In this document: positions 31,605-42,180 of the stretch, piece by piece
How positions within the stretch are numbered: position 1 is the stretch's first letter
How the letters are laid out: each line of letters starts with the position of its first letter
Assembly: GCA_038321985.1 (NCBI GenBank)
Contig: JBBQFN010000022.1
Span: 22,441 to 86,440, forward strand
Length of the DNA stretch: 64,000 nucleotides
From: Cyanophyceae cyanobacterium
GTDB lineage: Bacteria > Cyanobacteriota > Cyanobacteriia > Cyanobacteriales > Laspinemataceae
Direction of reading: 5' to 3'
The notes under the pieces: model-generated
The model's database searches: none
The model's input: only the letters and a program-made list of their open reading frames with translations
What the model was told of the DNA's origin: nothing
Made by a program: the position numbers and the translations under genes

Positions 31605-31823
31605 TTTCTGATACTTCCTGGGCCAAGTTTGCAGATATTATTCTCACTTTTAGCCGTCCCGGGGAGTTTTTGTAGGGAAAGTATTATATCATAAATCTTT
31701 TAAAAATCCCAATATTTTGGGGGAGAGAAAAAATAGTTTAGAGACCTGAGTAATTTTACTTTTTACGCTATACTTACCCTATTCCGTTTAGAAGTTCAAT
31801 TTTTAGGGACGACTTATTCTGAA

Positions 31824-32942
31824 ATGAATTCACAACAATTGATGAGCCGCACTGAGGAAGAATTAATGATTCCTCATGCGGAGTATGCGAAGAAATTGCG
31901 TCCGCTACTGCCATCGGAGGCATTTGAACCGGATCGCGGAAAGTTAGTCATTTTATTGATTAATTTGGGAATCATGATTCTGGGTTGGGCGATCGCCTCC
32001 ACATTAGATCGTTGGCCTGTATTTCTTTTATGGCTTTACCTCCCGATCGCCCTGGTGATGGGCAACAGCATTGTTGTCCTCCTGTTTAGTTCCCATAACC
32101 TGATGCATGGGAGTGTCATCAAAAATAAGCGGCTACAGTTCATCATGGGTTTTCTAGGGTTAACCATAGGGTGGATGCCACCGACGATGTGGAAAGCCGT
32201 ACATAACCGGGAGCATCACAATAAAACCAATTCCATGAACGACCCTGATCGCAATTACTTGCAGGACCAGCCTAATACTTGGGGCAAATGGTTTCAAAAC
32301 TTATTTGTGCCTTCTGCTGAGGTCAATCCATTTTGGTTATTTGTGGGAATGATAAATGCTTGGGGATTCCATAATTTTAGAAACATCACCTCAGTGTTAT
32401 TTTTCAATAATAAATCTGTGGATTACGTCCCGGCTGCTTTTACCATCAGTGGTAAAGAACGACGGGCGATCGCAGGGGAGATGCTGGCTATGTCAGCCCT
32501 TCACCTCACCGTTCTCTTTGCCTTACAATTTGACCCCATCAAACTCCTGCTGGGTTACTTTTTACCGATTGGCATTGGCTATGCGGGTACAATGTTTTAT
32601 ATTTATACCAACCACATGGTCTCGCCGATGAGCAGCGTTAACGATCCCACGTTCAACAGCTTATCCCTGCGAGTTCCTAAATTCTTTGATTGGTTGCATT
32701 TGAATTTTTCTTACCACACCGAGCATCATATTTTTCCACATATCAACTCTGACTATTACCCCCAAGTCCGAGAATTACTAGAACTTCACTATCCCGGGCG
32801 TTTGAAGTTAGTAGATGCGACAGAGGCTTGGCGCTTATTGCTGCAAACTCCTCGCCATTACAGAGATGCAAATACTTTTACGGATTGGTCAGGAGAAAAA
32901 TCTGTGCCTTGTCCTCTAGCTGATACTTCACCTAAAAACTGA
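31824..32942 (+). CDS. membrane fatty acid desaturase family protein
   Basis: Three His boxes HNLMH, HNREHH, HTEHH plus TM segments. Confidence 0.88.
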   Translation: MNSQQLMSRTEEELMIPHAEYAKKLRPLLPSEAFEPDRGKLVILLINLGIMILGWAIASTLDRWPVFLLWLYLPIALVMGNSIVVLLFSSHNLMHGSVIKNKRLQFIMGFLGLTIGWMPPTMWKAVHNREHHNKTNSMNDPDRNYLQDQPNTWGKWFQNLFVPSAEVNPFWLFVGMINAWGFHNFRNITSVLFFNNKSVDYVPAAFTISGKERRAIAGEMLAMSALHLTVLFALQFDPIKLLLGYFLPIGIGYAGTMFYIYTNHMVSPMSSVNDPTFNSLSLRVPKFFDWLHLNFSYHTEHHIFPHINSDYYPQVRELLELHYPGRLKLVDATEAWRLLLQTPRHYRDANTFTDWSGEKSVPCPLADTSPKN

Positions 32943-33177
32943 AGTTCCCACCCCAGAAAGTTAACCCGCAGCTTTCCAGCCGGGTAACAATATAATTGTA
33001 GGGTGGGGTGGATATTGAGTCTACCTCACCCGCTTTTTTTACCAAAAGGGGAGGTATCTGTATCTTTGCCGCCCAAGTTAGGCAAGGCTTTATACTCAAA
33101 ACTCAAATCAAATCCCGAGTTTTGAAAATGCGATCGCGGAAATCTGGATAAAACTTACCCTCCCGCCCCAAAATAAA

Positions 33178-33205
33178 GTAGGGGCAACGTAACCGTTACC
33201 CCTAC
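33178..33205. terminator. GTAG-type hairpin downstream of rbcS
   Basis: GTAGGGGCAACG...CGTTACCCCTAC. Confidence 0.55.
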
Positions 33206-33237
33206 CCAGCGAAATATGTGAGAGTTATTTCACAAAT

Positions 33238-33573
33238 TTAGAAGCGGCTGGTGTTTGGCTTGTGGATGATAAAGCTGAGCACTTGGCACTGCTTGATGTT
33301 GTCAAATCCCACAACGCGGATGTAACAACTGGGGTATTCGCTGCGGCAGCCTTGGACTTCGCTCATGACTTCCTGGACGGAACGTGCATTGAACAAGGGT
33401 AGCTTCCACAGTGTCCAGTAGTAAACAGTAGGGTCCGAGTTTTCATTGAACTCAATGGCAGGAATGTAGCCTTGGTCAATGATGTACTGAATCTGCTTGG
33501 CAATCTGTGCATCAGACAGAGGGGGCAGATAGGAAAGGGTTTCGTAACGACGCTCTTTTGGCAGAGTTTTCAT
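33238..33573 (-). CDS. rbcS: RuBisCO small subunit
   Basis: [38 protein letters not shown]. Confidence 0.98.
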   Translation of the reverse strand: MKTLPKERRYETLSYLPPLSDAQIAKQIQYIIDQGYIPAIEFNENSDPTVYYWTLWKLPLFNARSVQEVMSEVQGCRSEYPSCYIRVVGFDNIKQCQVLSFIIHKPNTSRF

Positions 33574-33657
33574 AATTTCTTCGTCTCTATTCTGCGGGAT
33601 CTACGATGATTGGCGGTTTAAGCCGGAAATAAATCAGCACCTTCAACGGTCCAAGGG

Positions 33658-34032
33658 TTACTTTTCAGTTTCTGGGGTCGAGTCAGGTAAGGGCAATCCT
33701 GTTACTGTTCTTTCCAGATACTGCTTCCGGTGGTCGATGTTGGCCTGAACGATGCCAGTACGAACCATCTCAGGCAAGAACTCCGTCACTTCCTCAGCGA
33801 TGTGTTCGCGCACGGTCATAATCCGAATTGCCAAATCTGGCTTAGAGTGAAGTAACGCTTCTATATACGCTTCTCCATCTTGGATTTTGGCCGTGGCAGA
33901 AAAGCTTTGCAGCCAAAACGCTAAGGGAGGATTGGTTTCGTTCAGTTGACTCACTACGGTTCGCATGGCTTGGTAGGTCAAATAGCTACTCATCACTTTT
34001 GCAGTATCTTTGGCGATTTGTTTTAAATCCAT
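33658..34032 (-). CDS. rbcX: RuBisCO assembly chaperone
   Basis: IAKDTAK..SYLTYQA, QDGEAYI, RIMTVRE; located between rbcL and rbcS. Confidence 0.96.
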   Translation of the reverse strand: MDLKQIAKDTAKVMSSYLTYQAMRTVVSQLNETNPPLAFWLQSFSATAKIQDGEAYIEALLHSKPDLAIRIMTVREHIAEEVTEFLPEMVRTGIVQANIDHRKQYLERTVTGLPLPDSTPETEK

Positions 34033-34284
34033 ATTGTTTGCAACGTTTGATATAAGGGGTTTCTATGCTTACCATCCACGATCTCAGCGGGTGGTGGCAA
34101 CTTTCTACGGGTACAAACCATAACCCGGATCCCTTTTGCCAAACAGCGTAGGGGAATACTTTCCGCCCCATGTTGCCGGATTTTGCCGTGATACTGCCCT
34201 AAGTTAGAGCGCTTAAATGACTGAAGAAAGGTTAACCGTTAACCCGTAATGGGAAACGGTTAACTTTTCACTAAGGATCCGTCA

Positions 34285-35715
34285 TCAGACGGTATCCATT
34301 GCCTCGAACTCAAACTTGATTTCTTTCCAGAGTTCAAGAGCGACAGCCAGTTCAGGAGACCAGCGTCCAGCTTCGCGGAGGATCTCATTACCTTCACGAG
34401 CCAAGCTGCGACCTTCGTTACGTGCTTGGACGCAAGCTTCCAAGGCGACGCGGTTGGCGGTTGCACCCGGCGCATTACCCCAGGGGTGACCCAAGGTACC
34501 ACCACCGAATTGCAGTACGGAGTCATCTCCGAAGATTTCCACAAGTGCGGGCATATGCCATACGTGGATACCACCGGAAGCAACTGCCATCACCCCAGGC
34601 ATGGATGCCCAGTCTTGGGTGAAGTAAATCCCGCGAGACTTGTCTTGTTCGACATAGTTTTCGCGGAGCAGATCTACGAAGCCCATGGTAATCCCACGTT
34701 CGCCTTCGAGTTTACCGACGACGGTTCCGGTGTGGATGTGGTCACCACCGGACATCCGCAAGCATTTGGCAAGAACGCGGAAGTGGATTCCGTGATTTTT
34801 CTGACGGTCGATAACTGCGTGCATAGCACGGTGGATGTGCAAGAGCACTCCGTTATCGCGGCACCAGTGAGCCAAGGTGGTGTTGGCGGTGAAACCTGCG
34901 GTTAAGAAGTCATGCATGATGATGGGCATTTTGAGTTCTTTGGCGAACTCAGCCCGTTTCAGCATTTCTTCGCAGGTGGGGGCGGTTACGTTGAGGTAGT
35001 GGCCCTTGATTTCGCCAGTTTCTGCCTGAGCTTTATGGATGGCGTCAGCAACGAACAAGAAGCGATCGCGCCAGCGTTGGAACGGCTGGGAGTTGATGTT
35101 CTCGTCGTCTTTGGTGAAGTCCAAACCACCGCGCAAGCATTCGTAAACAGCGCGACCATAGTTCTTCGCAGATAAACCGAGTTTCGGTTTGATCGTACAA
35201 CCGAGCAGGGGGCGACCATACTTGTTGATTTTGTCGCGCTCAACTTGGATGCCGTGGGGAGGACCTTGGAAGGTCTTCAGGTAGGCAACGGGAATCCGCA
35301 TATCTTCCAAGCGGAGTGCACGCAGGGCTTTGAAACCAAAGACGTTCCCCACGATGGAGGTCAGCATATTGGTGACGGAGCCTTCTTCAAACAAGTCGAG
35401 AGGATAGGCAACGTAAGCGATGTACTGGTTTTCTTCGTTGGGTACGGCTTCGATGTCGTAGCAACGGCCTTTGTACCGATCCAAGTCGGTCAATAGGTCG
35501 GTCCACACTGTGGTCCAGGTTCCGGTAGAAGATTCAGCAGCTACGGCAGCTCCTGCTTCTTCGGGGGGAACTCCGGGCTGAGGGGTCATCCGGAATGCCG
35601 CCAATACGTCGGTATCTTTGGGAGTGTAGTCCGGCGTGTAGTAAGTCAGTCTATAATCTTTAACGCCAGCTTGGTAGCCGGTTTTTGCTTGAGTCTGGGT
35701 TGAACTGTAAGACAT
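34285..35715 (-). CDS. rbcL: RuBisCO large subunit (form IB)
   Basis: [31 protein letters not shown]. Confidence 0.99.
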   Translation of the reverse strand: MSYSSTQTQAKTGYQAGVKDYRLTYYTPDYTPKDTDVLAAFRMTPQPGVPPEEAGAAVAAESSTGTWTTVWTDLLTDLDRYKGRCYDIEAVPNEENQYIAYVAYPLDLFEEGSVTNMLTSIVGNVFGFKALRALRLEDMRIPVAYLKTFQGPPHGIQVERDKINKYGRPLLGCTIKPKLGLSAKNYGRAVYECLRGGLDFTKDDENINSQPFQRWRDRFLFVADAIHKAQAETGEIKGHYLNVTAPTCEEMLKRAEFAKELKMPIIMHDFLTAGFTANTTLAHWCRDNGVLLHIHRAMHAVIDRQKNHGIHFRVLAKCLRMSGGDHIHTGTVVGKLEGERGITMGFVDLLRENYVEQDKSRGIYFTQDWASMPGVMAVASGGIHVWHMPALVEIFGDDSVLQFGGGTLGHPWGNAPGATANRVALEACVQARNEGRSLAREGNEILREAGRWSPELAVALELWKEIKFEFEAMDTV

Positions 35716-36222
35716 AATCCCCCTTCCTAGGAATCATCGGAATCATCGAAAATCGTTGCAGTTGTTCTGGTTTTTAGTTTTCCGGACAAGCTATTAACTT
35801 ATCTGGGTACTATTGCTTACCAAACCCGCATTGGGGATCAGTGGAGCGAAATCAGTCGGCTGCTTCGTTTTGCTGCATAACAATAGTATCAGGAAAACAA
35901 TAAGTTAAACATCATTGTTCTTTTATTCTTTGATAATATTTCTTTATTTTTTGTTATAAATATTAATCTTTTGTTATAATAAAAAGTTAAATATTTCTGG
36001 TATAATAAATGCCCGGTTTTGAGAAGACGGGGAGAATTTCCGGGCACGGAGCAGCAGAAACGATACAATCGATCGCAGTAGAGAAGGCGATGAGGTTTGC
36101 TTCCTGAGACGGCTAGAGGGGGGCCGAAAGTTCAACAGTGCGATCGCCACCCTTGCCTTTATATGATTTAATCACGGACCCCTTTGTTGAGCGATCGCCC
36201 TTGGGGCTGATTTTAAGAACTT

Positions 36223-38034
36223 ATGCAGCCAGCTTTCCTCCACTGCATCAACCCAGATTGTCCCAGTCCCACCTCCCAAAGTCGGAATCATCAATTTTGT
36301 GACAGTTGCGGAACTCCACTTCTTTTACATGGGCGCTACCTGCCGTTACAAAAGTTAGGGACGGGAGGTTTTGCGGTAACTTACACCGTGTATGACCGCC
36401 ACAGGGACAGGGAACGGGTGCTCAAAGTATTAATAGAGCGATCGCCCAAGGCATTGGAACTCTTTGAACAAGAGGCGTCGGTATTGGCAAGTCTGGCACA
36501 TCCGGGGATTCCCCAGGTTGATCGCGACGGTTATTTTTCCATTTCCCTCAAACATCCCCAACCCCGCACCCTTCGTTGTCTCGTCATGGAAAAAATCGAG
36601 GGGTTTACCTTAGATGAGATGCTGCACCAGGATTACCCCCAGGGGTTTCCCGAGGCATTGGTGGTGGATTGGTTGATCCAGGCGGCAGATATTTTGGAGG
36701 AGTTGCACCGTCACTCGATTATTCATCGGGACCTCAAACCCACAAATCTGATGGTCCGGATGGCGGCGACTCCTACCCCTGCGGCGACTCCTTTCTCTGT
36801 ATTTAATAGAAGGAAGGGGGGAGGTTCTGCGGGTCAACTGGTGGCGATCGATTTTGGGGGCGTTAAGCAACTCAGTGGCAAGCAAGCGAATTCAACGCGG
36901 TTGTTTTCCCCCGGTTACAGTCCTCCGGAACAGATGATGGGGGGTTCGGTGGGACCGGCAGCGGATTTTTATGCATTAGGTCGAACTGCGATTTTTCTGC
37001 TAACGGGGCGATCGCCTGCGGAGTTTGATGATGGGATGTCTGGGGAATGTCGCTGGCATCCTTATGCTAGGGTTAGCCTGAATCTGGCGAATGTCATCGA
37101 TGAAATGCTGGAGTTTCAGGTTGACAAACGCTTAGATAGTGCCACAGAACTACAAGGGCGACTGGGACAAGGTTCGTATTTAAAAACCTTAGTCCGCCAG
37201 CGGAATCGGGGATTGGGTAGCCGTTTTGTGCAGTTTGCTTCCTCTATCTCTCACGGTAGTATCCAGTTGTGCTGGTCCATGGGAACGGCAGTTTTGAAGG
37301 CGATCGCCACCCTAGGCTTTGTGAGCTACAAAACCCTTGAGGGCGTGCTGAACACCACGTTTGATTTAATAGGGTGGGCATTTACAGCCTGCTTCGATAC
37401 CTTATTAGGCACAATTTTAGGGGGATTAGGTGCTAGTGTCGGGGCAGGAGTGGGGTTTGTTTTAGCCTATTGGTTGCCTGTGGGAACGCGATTGAGCAGT
37501 CGCCTCAGTGAGTTAATCGCACAATGGTTTCCTAGTCTACAACTGGCAGTAGATCCGGTGGCGATTTTATTTGGGATGGCGGGTTTAGGGACTGCACTGG
37601 GGTTAACCGAAGCTGGCAGTTTTGGACAAAAACGGCGATTTGTAACTGCAGGAATGATGGGACTGTTTGGGTATGGATTGGGATGGTTTGTGTTAGCGGT
37701 AAGTTCACCCAGTGAGGCAGTTGTACCCGCCGATTTAGTGGGATTTACGGCGATCGCGATCGCCTCGGTTGCCCTCGGTTTAGGTTTACCCAAACCGCAA
37801 CTGTTCCATGCGACTATAAGTGCGATCGGTACAGCCGTCGTGATGGCAGTCTTTCTCTATAGTTCATATTTTTCCCTAATTTTAGACCTATTTTCCGCCA
37901 CCTCCGGAATCGGAATGCCGCAATTTTGGGATAGTATTGCTTTTTTTGCCTTACTCGGAATGACTGGGAGTTTTTGTCTGGGTTGTAGTTATTATTTACT
38001 GATGCCAGTGTTGAGACTCTTAGGATTTCGATAG
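36223..38034 (+). CDS. Ser/Thr protein kinase with N-terminal 4-Cys motif and C-terminal multi-TM region
   Basis: CINPDC..CDSCG, LGTGGFA, HRDLKPTN, IDFG, GYSPPE. Confidence 0.92.
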   Translation: MQPAFLHCINPDCPSPTSQSRNHQFCDSCGTPLLLHGRYLPLQKLGTGGFAVTYTVYDRHRDRERVLKVLIERSPKALELFEQEASVLASLAHPGIPQVDRDGYFSISLKHPQPRTLRCLVMEKIEGFTLDEMLHQDYPQGFPEALVVDWLIQAADILEELHRHSIIHRDLKPTNLMVRMAATPTPAATPFSVFNRRKGGGSAGQLVAIDFGGVKQLSGKQANSTRLFSPGYSPPEQMMGGSVGPAADFYALGRTAIFLLTGRSPAEFDDGMSGECRWHPYARVSLNLANVIDEMLEFQVDKRLDSATELQGRLGQGSYLKTLVRQRNRGLGSRFVQFASSISHGSIQLCWSMGTAVLKAIATLGFVSYKTLEGVLNTTFDLIGWAFTACFDTLLGTILGGLGASVGAGVGFVLAYWLPVGTRLSSRLSELIAQWFPSLQLAVDPVAILFGMAGLGTALGLTEAGSFGQKRRFVTAGMMGLFGYGLGWFVLAVSSPSEAVVPADLVGFTAIAIASVALGLGLPKPQLFHATISAIGTAVVMAVFLYSSYFSLILDLFSATSGIGMPQFWDSIAFFALLGMTGSFCLGCSYYLLMPVLRLLGFR

Positions 38035-38127
38035 AGGAAATTTAATGATGGAGGGAAAAACTTAGGTTTTTCTCAAAAGTTCTTCTGTCTCGGGCAAATC
38101 ATAAAAGTTAAGCGAGTAATTTCCCAG

Positions 38128-38388
38128 CTATTTGCTAATCAATCGGTCATACTCAGCATGGGTTCCGATCCAAAACCAAGAAATGCCGTTCTCTACTTCA
38201 ACACCCAAAGCACGATAATTTAACCCGACTCTAACCGACCAATACTTTTTCCCCAGTTTTTTGAAATTGAGGGACGGATGAGACGGGTCAATCTTGAGCA
38301 AGTTGTAGCATTCATCGGCAGTTGTTTGCACAGATTCCGGTAAAGTATTGTAACATTGCCAAAATCGTCGAGTGGTATAGTGCATCAA
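38128..38388 (-). CDS. ParE/RelE-like toxin
   Basis: FWQCY..LP, PSHPSLNFKK, WSVRVGLNYRALG, WFWIGTHAEYD. Confidence 0.8.
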   Translation of the reverse strand: MMHYTTRRFWQCYNTLPESVQTTADECYNLLKIDPSHPSLNFKKLGKKYWSVRVGLNYRALGVEVENGISWFWIGTHAEYDRLISK

Positions 38389-38612
38389 ATTTCTCGGCTA
38401 TGTCCAGCTTCAAAATCCGCGATCGCCTCTTCAGCGAATGCTTCTAAGTGACCCTCGGCAATATCCCGTTCTATCTGTTCATCCCACCGTTGATAATCCA
38501 ACTCAAAAACCCATTGTTTGAGTTTTTCAAACTCATGGGATGACAGGGAGAGAATTGCTTGTTCAATTTCTTTTAGGTTGGACACAATTTTACCTCTGTT
38601 GTTGTTCTGCAA
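38385..38612 (-). CDS. putative antitoxin (start may be GTG 38585)
   Basis: IEQAILSL...WDEQIERD.AEG.L; overlaps the toxin start. Confidence 0.75.
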   Translation of the reverse strand: MQNNNRGKIVSNLKEIEQAILSLSSHEFEKLKQWVFELDYQRWDEQIERDIAEGHLEAFAEEAIADFEAGHSREI

Positions 38613-38725
38613 ATGGGGGACAGCTTACGAAATTCTTTAGCCGCCCAGGATTTAGACTGGATAAGATAGGGAGCGATCGGTTAAGCATCCTGAACCCTAT
38701 TATAGGCTAAGTGTTCGCTCGCCTC

Positions 38726-38995
38726 CTATCGTTCCCAATTGTGCAACCCTTGCAGGATATTGGCAATCAAACCCGGCTCGTTTTCTAGGAATTACAGTAA
38801 TCGGCACTCAGGGAGGCGATCGGCTACAACCACCGCAATCGGCGGATGGCTAAACCGGGCGAGTTGATTGAGTACCGCCATATCAAACCCTTGGGGGGGG
38901 TGGATCAGTGGGTGCTTCGTAGAAGATGAGGGCGATTTTCTCTTCACTGAGGTCATCTTCGCAGTAGGCTTGCAATTCGCCGATCGTGCACATTA
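38726..38995 (-). pseudogene. degraded gene tail resembling a NACHT C-terminal alpha/beta domain
   Basis: ELQAYCEDDLSEEKIALIFYEAPTDPP / frameshift / PQGFDMAVLNQLARFSHPPIAVVV..*FLENEPGLIANIL; abuts the IS630; family from recall. Confidence 0.5.
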
Positions 38996-39006
38996 TCATT
39001 CGACTA

Positions 39007-40174
39007 TAGCGAGTCTAAATCAGTTTGGCAAAAGCATCGTACTTTTTCAAATTAGGACGATTAAAAAGTTGATATTTGAAGAAAATCTCCACTAATCGTT
39101 TTACTGAAGCAAAACTCTTGCATCGGTAATGGAATCGCCTAATAAAGTTTTTAACCTGTAGCCAAATTCCCTCAACGGGATTTTCTTCCGGGGCATAAGT
39201 CGGAAGACGTTCGCAAATAAGTGACCAATCTTGTCGCTCTTTTTCGTGATTTTGCAAGGTTAAAAACTTTTTCATTTCTTCTCCTCTATGATAGCTGGCA
39301 CCGTCCCAAATTAACAGGATTTTTTGCTCAGAATTCTCTGGAGTATGAACCGCTTTAATTTCTTCCAAGAATTTCACTGTATTTACCCCATTCCCCGCCT
39401 CATAAGGACTAGCAATAAACTGATTAGTTAGTAAATTTAATGCTCCCTAGTAAGTTTGACGATATCGTTCGTTATTTATAGCTATAACTTCTCTATCTTT
39501 TGAGTCACCCCATAGATAACTACAAACATCATCACCTTGGACATGACATTCGTCTAAAGCATACACAGATAGGGTTACAGCTTCTATCTCTGGCTTAAAT
39601 TCTTCTAATATTTCTACAATCTCTAGGGTTCTTTTTTTTATAGCTTCTGGGTTTTTTCTAGTATTTTGTTTATTCGCTTTTTGCCAAGTTAGTTGACTAT
39701 CCTTCAAAATATCATAGTAACTTTGTGGTGATTTAAAGACTACATCATAGGTTTCAATAAGATGTCTTTCAAGCTCCGAAAGGTTTCGTCTTTCAATCTT
39801 TTCAAGTAGCCAAGTTTTTACCTCATTATTTTGAGCTTCACTTAAATAACTTTTTGAGCCTTTGTATTTAAGTTTTAATCCCAAAACTCCTTGTTCCTTG
39901 TATTCTTTTTTGGCCCGAGCAATCGACCTATAGGAAATCTTCAGTATGAGGCTGATTTCTGCATAAGACCAACCTTGTAGGTTTAATCTAACTGCTTGAC
40001 TTTTTTTCCACTCTCTAATATTATTGGTACTGTCAATGAACTCTGTTAAATCAAGGAAATCTGTTGATATGGTGTCTAATTGAACGCTAATTTCCATGAT
40101 TTGCACCCTCTTTGTACATAAACTTTTATTTTATCCTACCTGGCCCCTAGTGTCAAACTGATTTAGACGGGCTA
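39007..40174 (-). mobile_element. IS630-family insertion sequence
   Basis: TIRs TAGCGAGTCTAAATCAGTTTG / CAAACTGATTTAGACGGGCTA; TA duplicated at 39005-39006 and 40175-40176. Confidence 0.9.
39015..40106 (-). pseudogene. IS630 transposase with one in-frame nonsense codon
   Basis: The two ORFs share a frame: RQTY-TAG(39447-39449)-GALNLL...; DDE motifs LDECH, WDGASYH, YAPEENPVE. Confidence 0.88.
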
Positions 40175-40201
40175 TATTAGTTTAAATCAGCATTGTTTAG
40201 T

Positions 40202-40910
40202 CTAGTCAACCAAATCGGGAATATCACTAAGGTTTACAGATATCTTCAGCATTTTTAAGGCTTGAACAAGCAAAAATGGGTTATCAATATGCTGAATATA
40301 GACACAGATTTCTATCCAAAAAACTTCCTTTTTGAATTCTGGTTTGAATTCGATCTGAAATGCATCATCTTGAGAACTAAGGTAGAACTTGACTTCCTTA
40401 ATTTTTAAAATAGTGGAATTTTTTTCCATCTATAATTCTAAGGTAATCCTTGTGAACTACAAATCGACCGAATGCAAATTCCTTGCCATCTTGAATGTCT
40501 GAAATTATTTTTCCCCAGAGCCTAGATTCGATATTTGCTCTAACTGACTTCATAATCTTTCTTGACAAAGAAGAAAACTCTTCTTGCCTATCATAATTTC
40601 CGTACTTTTTACCAGTTTCACTTTTTGTAAAGTATCGATAACGTAATGAATAGCTAAAACTAACCCTATTTCCCAAAACAAAAGAAGCCGATGAACCACA
40701 AAGTATTTTAATTGAGGTTATATCTTCATAGCGATGGACTATTACTTGGTCTGACCTTAGAAATCGGGGTTGTATGACAAGAAATCCTTTCTCATAGATA
40801 GAGATTTCCGGTGACGGATATAGTCCAACCCTTCGATTCATATCCGTTTCAATCTTTCTGCCAAGATTTAAATCCAAGACAATTTTGTCTATGCTCTTAT
40901 TTGATTTCAT
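40202..40910 (-). pseudogene. AT-rich hypothetical cassette gene, apparently frameshifted in an A7 run
   Basis: ORFs 40398-40910 and 40202-40429 join (IDGKNSTILK) if one T is removed from 40419-40425. Confidence 0.55.
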
Positions 40911-40958
40911 ATTAATTTTGACTTGAATACAGAATCTTTCAGTGAAAGGGGTTTAGCA

Positions 40959-41042
40959 GTCTAAGGCCGACAGCACGTGCGGCTTTGTAATGGAGGCGAA
41001 GCTGCAATGGAAAAGCCGTCACCGTGCTTGTGATTGTTAGGG
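40959..41042 (-). other. integron attC site (core GTT mutated to CTT)
   Basis: Minus strand CCCTAAC-AATCACAAGCACG..CGGCTTT..AAAGCCG..CGTGCTGTCGGC-CTTAGAC; the MAPEG stop codon lies in the R'' box; 84-bp imperfect palindrome. Confidence 0.75.
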
Positions 41043-41459
41043 CAGCGCCAGCAGAATCTGGATGCTAATTATGAACATGGACACCACTCCGACCGCATAC
41101 GCCACCGTTCGCCATGGCTGGATTCCACCCAAGTAAAATAACGTGTGTAAGTAGCGGGCTGCCGTGAATACCAAAAAGAGCCAAGCGGCCATACCCGAAG
41201 ACGCACCGACCAGAATGTAGGCAACACCCAAGCCCAGGAAAATTGGAATATTCTCAAGGTCGTTTAGCCAGGCTCGGGCCGCCCTTTGAACCTGAGGCAA
41301 TTCTTCTTTGGCTGCCTCACGCCCCACGAAGGCGGCATCTTCCGCCGTCTTGAAGGTCATTTTCCCAATTCGATGAAACCCCTGATACGCGGAGAGGGCA
41401 AACATTTTCAAAAACAGCAGCACTGTGGCTACCGCATACCAATAAAGTGCCTGATTCAT
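41037..41459 (-). CDS. MAPEG-family membrane protein (microsomal GST/PGES-like) in a gene cassette
   Basis: EDA..VQRAARAWLNDLENIPIF, ARYLHT; AAGGAG SD; GC-richer than its neighbours. Confidence 0.9.
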   Translation of the reverse strand: MNQALYWYAVATVLLFLKMFALSAYQGFHRIGKMTFKTAEDAAFVGREAAKEELPQVQRAARAWLNDLENIPIFLGLGVAYILVGASSGMAAWLFLVFTAARYLHTLFYLGGIQPWRTVAYAVGVVSMFIISIQILLALP

Positions 41460-41473
41460 GGTTTCTCCTTAGC

Positions 41474-41560
41474 TTCTAACGGTTAAACTCACCTGCCGCC
41501 ACTGACTTTGGATGGTTTGGGCAGTCTAGCATTATAATCGGGTACAGTGACTTGTTATCC
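41474..41560 (-). other. integron attC site
   Basis: Minus strand GGATAAC-AAGTCACTGTACC...GGTGAGTTTAACC-GTTAGAA; upstream ORF stop TAA in the R'' box; next ATG 14 bp after R'; 87 bp. Confidence 0.8.
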
Positions 41561-42180
41561 TCCTTTCTTCACAGGTTGGATTTTTGCTAACATCTTATCA
41601 AAAATGTCAGAGGAAAACTGGCATTCATCGATCTCTATCAATAGAGTTACGCCTTCTTTAATCGGATGACAAACTGTAACTGAAGTCATATTTCCTCCAT
41701 TTTTTCCTAAAAGATTTCCTAAGTAAATACGTTCATATTTGGCAGGGGATGTTAGTAATTTATCCAGTAATTTTTCCAGGAAATTAAGGAGCTTCATTCT
41801 TATAAATTGTGATTCAGGAAGTTTTTTTGGGCGCATCCTCAAGTATGCTTTCGATCTAATTTGTGCAGCAAAATTACATAGGTTTTCATAAAGTAAATCT
41901 GACTGATTTTTTTCAATACTAACTCTAAATTGTGACCACAGGATTACATTGAGAGTCTTGCCTTCAATGTCGCCTGATTTAGTTGCACCTATTTTAGATT
42001 CTAGGTCAGCTAGTAAGAAGTACCATCAATTAAGCCAACTTCTACTATATAGTTAGCAAAATCCTTTAGCGGAACACCTCCCCTATGCTCTACACACTTT
42101 CGATGGAGCTCCTGAGCAACGTCTGACCACTTGGGGGACATTCTCTGAAGCTCCTCCAGCGAGACCCCCCCGATCTCGTT
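41555..42180 (-). pseudogene. 5'-truncated, frameshifted hypothetical cassette gene
   Basis: The frame of ORF 41555-41842 stays open up to about 42025 (LLADLESKIG...RSKAYLRMRPKK); the adjoining 42025-42180 segment is read as the tail of the ParE ORF. Confidence 0.55.

Noticed and set aside
34260..35496. Several overlapping ORFs within or antisense to rbcL (similar cases in topA, glgP and the DUF4331 cluster)
   Set aside because: Shadow frames of strongly biased coding sequence with no protein motifs
35945..35985. TTGTTATAA direct repeat upstream of rbcL as a LysR-type site
   Set aside because: The region is very AT-rich, so the match may be chance; no specific consensus could be supported
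40177..40201. Third attC after the last cassette gene
   Set aside because: Only a weak TAAAC is present and no complementary arm is visible before or beyond the IS630
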